Origin: a virus
Virus record (IMG/VR): IMGVR_UViG_3300035156_000041
Span: 1 to 64,000 of that record
Reading direction: 5' to 3' (one strand)
DNA: 64,000 bases
The position numbers and the translations under genes were made by a program. Under the pieces are notes generated by a model. That model was not told where the DNA came from, made no database searches, and worked only from the letters and a program-made list of their open reading frames with translations. Below are positions 58,770-64,000 of the stretch, piece by piece; position 1 is the stretch's first letter, and each line of letters begins with the position of its first letter.

Positions 58770-61430
58770 ATGGCAGATATTAGAAATGCAGGCTCATTAT
58801 TTTTGGCTGCTGCAAACCCACGCCTGCTAGTTCCTATCAACGCCTCTGTCATTGTGACAGCTTCCAAGGAAGTGTTCCACGTAAGCACATCGAACACTCC
58901 TGATGTTACGTCTATCACTTTCAATGCTAACTTGCTCCTGCTAGATGGCACTGTAACGTGGACATGCACAGGCGGTACGCTGTCAAATATTGTTGGCAAT
59001 ACATGTGTACTCACGTACGACAATATGAGTGCTGACACAGCCACTGTCACAGCCACTCTGCCATATCGTCAGCAGAGCTACAACGCTTTCAAGACAGTGT
59101 CAAAGCTATATGACAACTCTGGCGCTACAGGTCCAAGTGGATTGAGCAACGCCACTGTGATGGCCTATCAGCGTTCTGCTACAGTCTTGACATCAAATCC
59201 TGGGGCAATTAGCTATAGCTTCTCCACAGGGATTATCACACCTACGCTGCTCAATGGTTGGTCTAAAACTATCCCAGCAGGAACTGACCCGCTCTACGTC
59301 ACTGTAGCTTCTGCGAGTGCTAGCACAACCACTGATACGATTGCTTCTAACGAGTGGAGCACACCTGTTGTGTTGGCTCAGAATGGTACGCAAGGGCTGA
59401 GTGTAGCTACAATTTATATTTATCAGCGCACAACTACGAGCGGTGCTCCTAGTCTTCCTTCAGCTACGGCAACGTACACGTTCAGTAATACCAACGTAGC
59501 AAACTTGAACAATGGCTGGACAAGTGTTGTGCCGACAGCCGGTGGAGCATACTTATGGGTGAGTACAGCTACAGCAGCCTCCACGACAGGCACAGACGAC
59601 ATTACAGCATCTGAGTGGGCCGCTGCACAGATTCTCGCACAGAATGGCGGTGCAGGCACAGCAGGAGCCTCTACAGGCGTTGCAAACCTCTATCAGTGGT
59701 CTACCGTCACACCTAGCCTGCCAACAGGCACAGCGACCTTCTCGTGGGCTACAGCGACGGTTACAGGGTATAGCGACACAGATGGATGGAGTGTTGCCAT
59801 TCCTAACAACCCTGGAAGTCCTGGTATTAAGTTGTGGCAAGCTTCCAAGCCTGTTACAGCACCAGCAGGGACAATTAGCACAGGCGTCACATATGCAAGT
59901 GGTAGCTCATTAGCTGCTGTCAGTATTAACGGTGCTCAAGGTATCGCAGGTATCAAAACATGGACAGTGACTGCTTATCAGTGGGGGCTGTCAGCACCGA
60001 CCACAACAGGTTCCGCCACGTACAACTGGACAGCAGGCACCTATGACAATCCCCCGCAGACAGGTTGGACACAAGTAAAAGGAAATGCTCCCGGAAGTGG
60101 TTATACATTGTATGAGGCATCTGTTAGGCTTGTTGAAACATCTGGTGCTAATACCTCTGCAATTAACTGGACACTTGCCACTATTGCAGGCATTGCTTAT
60201 CAAGGTACAAGTGGCGGTGCAGGTAGCCAAGGCGCATCGGCACGTATCGCCTACGTCCTTATTGATGGCTTTACGCTTGCCACAACTCCTTTATACGTGT
60301 TAACCGCTGGGCAGTCACTTCCTGTTAATGGCTATTGGGGGACAACAAGAGATTGGGTTTCGCAGCCCCCTACGCCCGCTGCGGGACAAGCTGTCTTTCA
60401 GTCGGATGGTATCTATGACCCGGTGCCTAACCAAACAGTTTGGAATGTCCCTTATTTATCTAATCTGAAAGTGGGCAATCTCAGCGCGATTAGTGCCAAC
60501 TTTGGGCAGATGACAGCAGGTAGTATTGATATTGGCAGTGGGCTTAATAGCTGGCACGTTGATAGCTTGGGCAACACTTGGGCAGGTGCTAGTAGCTTTG
60601 GTGCTGCACCTTACAGGGTGAGCAACACGGGTGACACTGTTCTAACCTCTGTGATAATCCAAGACAAGAACGGCAATGCTATCTTGAGGTCGGATTCTAG
60701 TTTAGCACAGCAGGTGGCTGGGAATCCTAACATAGTGCCACGCCTATCTAATTGGCCCGGTTCAGGAACTTTCGGAGGTGCATTTTTTAACAAAGGTGTC
60801 GCAGCCTCAGCTAACTCCGAGTATGCTTACCTTCCTACTAATGGAGTCAACTATACAGCCGTCCAATCAGCAAGGCTGAATATTCCTGCTAACGCATATT
60901 ACACAGTTAGCTTTGAAGTTTACTGTGATGGAGTACCAAGGTTACTCAACCTTGACGTATTTGGCACAAACTGTGACACTGCGGGTATTCAGGTCACAAC
61001 CTCTACTACGGCTGCACGATACACCTTCACAGAGCAAATGCCATCAGGGGCAAATGGAGACGCATTCTTAAGAATTTATGCTAATAGTAGTGGTTCTAAC
61101 ATTATCATATATAACGTCAAAGTGGAGTTAGGCTTTAAAGCAACCCCTTGGTCAGACAGTGTAATCACTCCTGCCAACATTAGCACATTTATTCAGAATG
61201 CTTCCATCGGAGGTGTGTTGATTCAGGACGGAGCTATCGTGGCTAGCAAAGTAGCTGCACAGGCCATCACATCTGATAAGATTCTTGTGTCAAACCTCCA
61301 AGCCATCTCAAGCATTGTTACAGCCCGTGTTAACGGTACAGGTGCGGGAATTGACCAAGATGCTAATGGTGTGCGTATTTACGATGGTAATAGTATTAGA
61401 CGCTTTCAAGCGGGGAACTTAGACGTATGA
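58770..61430 (+). CDS. Central tail fibre / host-specificity protein with 4-5 tandem ~88-aa repeats and a CBM-like insert
   Basis: Repeats Y(Q)(R/W)...P...GW...P...L(Y/W)...NG joined by GxxG linkers; NLKVGNLSAISAN.G; KVELG.KATPW; I.DGAI...K beta-repeats. Confidence 0.82.
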   Translation: MADIRNAGSLFLAAANPRLLVPINASVIVTASKEVFHVSTSNTPDVTSITFNANLLLLDGTVTWTCTGGTLSNIVGNTCVLTYDNMSADTATVTATLPYRQQSYNAFKTVSKLYDNSGATGPSGLSNATVMAYQRSATVLTSNPGAISYSFSTGIITPTLLNGWSKTIPAGTDPLYVTVASASASTTTDTIASNEWSTPVVLAQNGTQGLSVATIYIYQRTTTSGAPSLPSATATYTFSNTNVANLNNGWTSVVPTAGGAYLWVSTATAASTTGTDDITASEWAAAQILAQNGGAGTAGASTGVANLYQWSTVTPSLPTGTATFSWATATVTGYSDTDGWSVAIPNNPGSPGIKLWQASKPVTAPAGTISTGVTYASGSSLAAVSINGAQGIAGIKTWTVTAYQWGLSAPTTTGSATYNWTAGTYDNPPQTGWTQVKGNAPGSGYTLYEASVRLVETSGANTSAINWTLATIAGIAYQGTSGGAGSQGASARIAYVLIDGFTLATTPLYVLTAGQSLPVNGYWGTTRDWVSQPPTPAAGQAVFQSDGIYDPVPNQTVWNVPYLSNLKVGNLSAISANFGQMTAGSIDIGSGLNSWHVDSLGNTWAGASSFGAAPYRVSNTGDTVLTSVIIQDKNGNAILRSDSSLAQQVAGNPNIVPRLSNWPGSGTFGGAFFNKGVAASANSEYAYLPTNGVNYTAVQSARLNIPANAYYTVSFEVYCDGVPRLLNLDVFGTNCDTAGIQVTTSTTAARYTFTEQMPSGANGDAFLRIYANSSGSNIIIYNVKVELGFKATPWSDSVITPANISTFIQNASIGGVLIQDGAIVASKVAAQAITSDKILVSNLQAISSIVTARVNGTGAGIDQDANGVRIYDGNSIRRFQAGNLDV

Positions 61431-62622
61431 CATATGGAATGCGCGCATGGGATGCTCAAGGCAATCTCACATTTGATAGTAATGTTGATCTGACGTTGTT
61501 CCCTAAAACTGAGGAAGTGCTGTCAGGTAATAATCAAGTTGGCAATGGGGCTGGCATTACACGCACCTACCCACAGTTTCAGGGTAAGAAGATTATGCCA
61601 TTCCTGACATCGCCTTATGGGACTTACGGAGGCTTGGAAGGCTACGCTGTGCTGAGTTGCAGAGTGACTTACCCGAATGGTACGCCTACTATTAACATCT
61701 TCGTAGACAAGGCACAGTCTACCATTGATGGCTCCAACCAGCCAATCAACGATGGCTATCTAGTAGTGATGGCGACAGGGAGCAACCAATGACGTATGGC
61801 TTCAGAATTACTAACGCCAATAATATCGTCAACGTGGATGAGGATTCGTTCTCATACGTTTATCTAGGCAAGGTAGCTTTCGATGTGAACAACACATTGG
61901 AGCAAGCTGTAACATTTACTTGTGTCGGATACCCACTGGTGTTCTTCGGAGTGCCCTACGGAACAGTGAATGGTGGGGAGAACAATGCAAGCTTAGGTCA
62001 TTCTACATTGATTATGCGGGCTGGTGTCCAGATGACGAGGTTGCAGCAAGTTAACAGCAACACTTGGACAGCCAATATCAGGTGCAACTTTGTTAATGGC
62101 GGCAATCCGGGGCAGCTTTACCTGAGGGTGTTTGGAAAGCTTCATCAGAACTTTCCTAACGGCGCTGGGCAGAGTTATGGCGCACGTGCTTGGAATGCAG
62201 CAGGTCAGCTTATATTTGATACAGGTTGTCGTCAGCTTAGGCTTGCAGGTAATACGTATGACACAGAGTTGGCACTGAGTTCAACAGTTCCGTTAGACGA
62301 CCAGCGGGTTGATTCCTGCGACACTTCTGTGACATTACCATTTAATTTATCTAATAAATCCATAATGGCAAACACACGGGGCAGTATTATCTATCCATAC
62401 TACACAGGAACTGATAAAGACCCTGATACTCAACAGGATGTTAATCACTTTGATTTTGAGACAGTGACAACGTTGTTCTGGGCTAATGGCAATACCTTGT
62501 ACGCTAGAAAAGCTTCTTCAAATACTCAGCGGGTAGATAGAACAAATGACATTATTGTTTCTGGTAATGGCAGCGTAACGTACACCCGCGTAGCAGTTAT
62601 TGACAACAACCTATTCCCATAA
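61427..62622 (+). CDS. Two tail-tip accessory proteins (61427-61792, 61789-62622)
   Basis: MTYG.R.W.A.G.L.FD motifs, typical of genes after the central fibre. Confidence 0.75.
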
Positions 62623-62627
62623 TACAT

Positions 62628-63263
62628 ATGATAATTAAAACAATCTCTACCGCTAACGGAGCAGCACAATATCATGTTCTTAAGAAGATTGATTCTCTTA
62701 AGCCTTTCACGACATTAACATTGACAGTTGATAGCTACTTTGATGAAGCTACTTTTCAAGCTGGTGGCAATGCCCTGAGCCGCTATACGCTCTACGCATC
62801 TGTGCCAGAGTCTATGGATGGGCTTGAGAGCTTCGCAGAGAATTGGCTCATCACAGACGCTTCCAGTCCTATCACAGGAGGTGTCATTACAGCAGACACA
62901 TCAGATAGCTTGGAAGCTGCTCAAGCACGCGCATGGGTGAAAGTGAAGGCTATCCGTGCTGAGCAGGAGCTCGGTAATTTCATCTACGATGGTGGTGAGT
63001 ATCAATGTGATAGCACACGCGTGACAGGTGCTGTGACAATGGCTCTTATGGCTAAGCTGGCTGGGCAGCCTTTCAGTATTGGCTGGACACTTGCTGATAA
63101 TAGTGTGCGAACTCTTGATGGCGACCAAATGATTGCTATGGGAGCGGCTGCTGGGAAGTATGTTGACAGTGTGTTTGCTATTGCTAGGGGTTTGAGAGTG
63201 AGGATTGAAGCTGCAAAAAAGCTTGACGAGCTTGATAGTATTTACTGGCCTATTGGAGATTAA
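62628..63263 (+). CDS. DUF4376-like tail fibre-associated protein
   Basis: W..VK..R...W.LADNS...L....M...G...L...I.AA...LD.I.W pattern. Confidence 0.8.
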   Translation: MIIKTISTANGAAQYHVLKKIDSLKPFTTLTLTVDSYFDEATFQAGGNALSRYTLYASVPESMDGLESFAENWLITDASSPITGGVITADTSDSLEAAQARAWVKVKAIRAEQELGNFIYDGGEYQCDSTRVTGAVTMALMAKLAGQPFSIGWTLADNSVRTLDGDQMIAMGAAAGKYVDSVFAIARGLRVRIEAAKKLDELDSIYWPIGD

Positions 63264-64000
63264 ATGGCAACTGCATTGAGGTGCGTACATGATAACGCAG
63301 TAGATAGGGTGTCAGGCTTATCAAGCACAGGTGTAAGTGTGTTGCCAATTACAGCATTGCAAACTAATAGCAAGAGCGAAGTATGGCGCACAAGTGCCAC
63401 GACAACTAGCGTGACAATCACCGCTACGTTTAATAGTCCTGAGATTCTTGGCATGGTGAGTTTCCCATTCTGTAACTTTAGCTCGACAGCTACGATGCGA
63501 GTTAGGCTTTATTCTGATACAGCTTGCACAGCGCAGGTTCTGGATACTGTGACGCCTACCCTGTGTTCGCAAGGTGGTGGTAGCAAGGTGCAAGGATTGA
63601 CGCTACAGCAGTCTGCAAGCGCCTACCAGTTCGGTGGTGGAGTAGCAGCCACGTTGTACTTCACAAAGACTTCAGGTGTGCAGGGATGCAAGATCGATGT
63701 TGCTGACAGTGCAAACCTGCAAGGCTATTTGGAAGCAGCAAGGCTGGTGATGGGGGAGTATTTCGAGCCAAATTTTAATGCTGAAATGGGCGCTACTCTG
63801 GAACTGGCCGACACTACACAAAACTTTAGAACAGATGCTGGAAATCTTCTGAGTGATGTTGGCACACGGCATAAAGTACTATCAATCGTGCTGAGTTTTA
63901 TGCAGCCATCCGACAGGTCAAATCTTTATCGCATTGTGAAGAATACTGGGATGAGCCAACCAATTTGGCTGAGTTTGTTTCCCAATAATACGGATAAGGG
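63264..64000 (+). CDS. Tail-associated (distal-tail-like) protein, truncated by the window end
   Basis: Manually read open frame from ATG 63264: MATALRCVHDNAVDR...SEVWR...GYLEAARL.MG.YF.P. Confidence 0.7.
   Translation, partial: MATALRCVHDNAVDRVSGLSSTGVSVLPITALQTNSKSEVWRTSATTTSVTITATFNSPEILGMVSFPFCNFSSTATMRVRLYSDTACTAQVLDTVTPTLCSQGGGSKVQGLTLQQSASAYQFGGGVAATLYFTKTSGVQGCKIDVADSANLQGYLEAARLVMGEYFEPNFNAEMGATLELADTTQNFRTDAGNLLSDVGTRHKVLSIVLSFMQPSDRSNLYRIVKNTGMSQPIWLSLFPNNTDK

Noticed and set aside
32083-61430. Diversity-generating retroelement to explain the duplicated tail segments
   Set aside because: No reverse transcriptase in the window, and the copies differ at all base types rather than only at adenines
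1-64000. CRISPR array or mini-array
   Set aside because: No equally spaced 25-40-bp repeats seen by eye; the GGCAG/CTGCC stem at 15.2 kb has the opposite arm order to the type I-F repeat

Overview
The window is a 64-kb segment of a tailed dsDNA phage with a long non-contractile (siphovirus-type) tail. It contains no bacterial housekeeping DNA and no integrase/repressor module. Layout: (i) 1-5.1 kb, a leftward block with ThyX, a discoidin/CBM32-containing protein, a SleB-type cell-wall hydrolase and small membrane proteins; (ii) 5.7-25 kb, an accessory/early region of mostly rightward small ORFs behind about 20 sigma70-type promoters, including an ArdA-like acidic protein, a candidate origin + RHH + HTH replication module and GIY-YIG endonucleases; (iii) 25-31.5 kb, an ~800-bp hairpin-rich non-coding tract, an HNH/AP2-type endonuclease, a serine resolvase, a SLOG protein, a ClpP-like protease and PhoH; (iv) 31.6-64 kb, the morphogenesis operon: candidate TerS, tRNA-Thr(TGT), TerL, portal, S49 protease, scaffold, decoration protein, MCP, head completion, a 7-kb cassette of carbohydrate-active/Fn3 appendage genes, tail tube, frameshifted chaperones, tape measure and tail tip. 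The most striking observation is that two genes outside the tail module (5903-7003 and 32083-32625) carry protein-level copies of segments of the phage's own central tail fibre, both keeping an N(L/I)K(V/I)GxLS lysine motif. These could be decoys against tail-targeting host defences (inference). Other leads: a modular appendage cassette with shared C-terminal anchor domains and a nested gene, a distinct late-promoter class, several promoter-driven ORF-less RNAs, and a plasmid-like ori/RHH/Rep module plus resolvase. All family assignments come from motif recognition by eye; no database searches were run.
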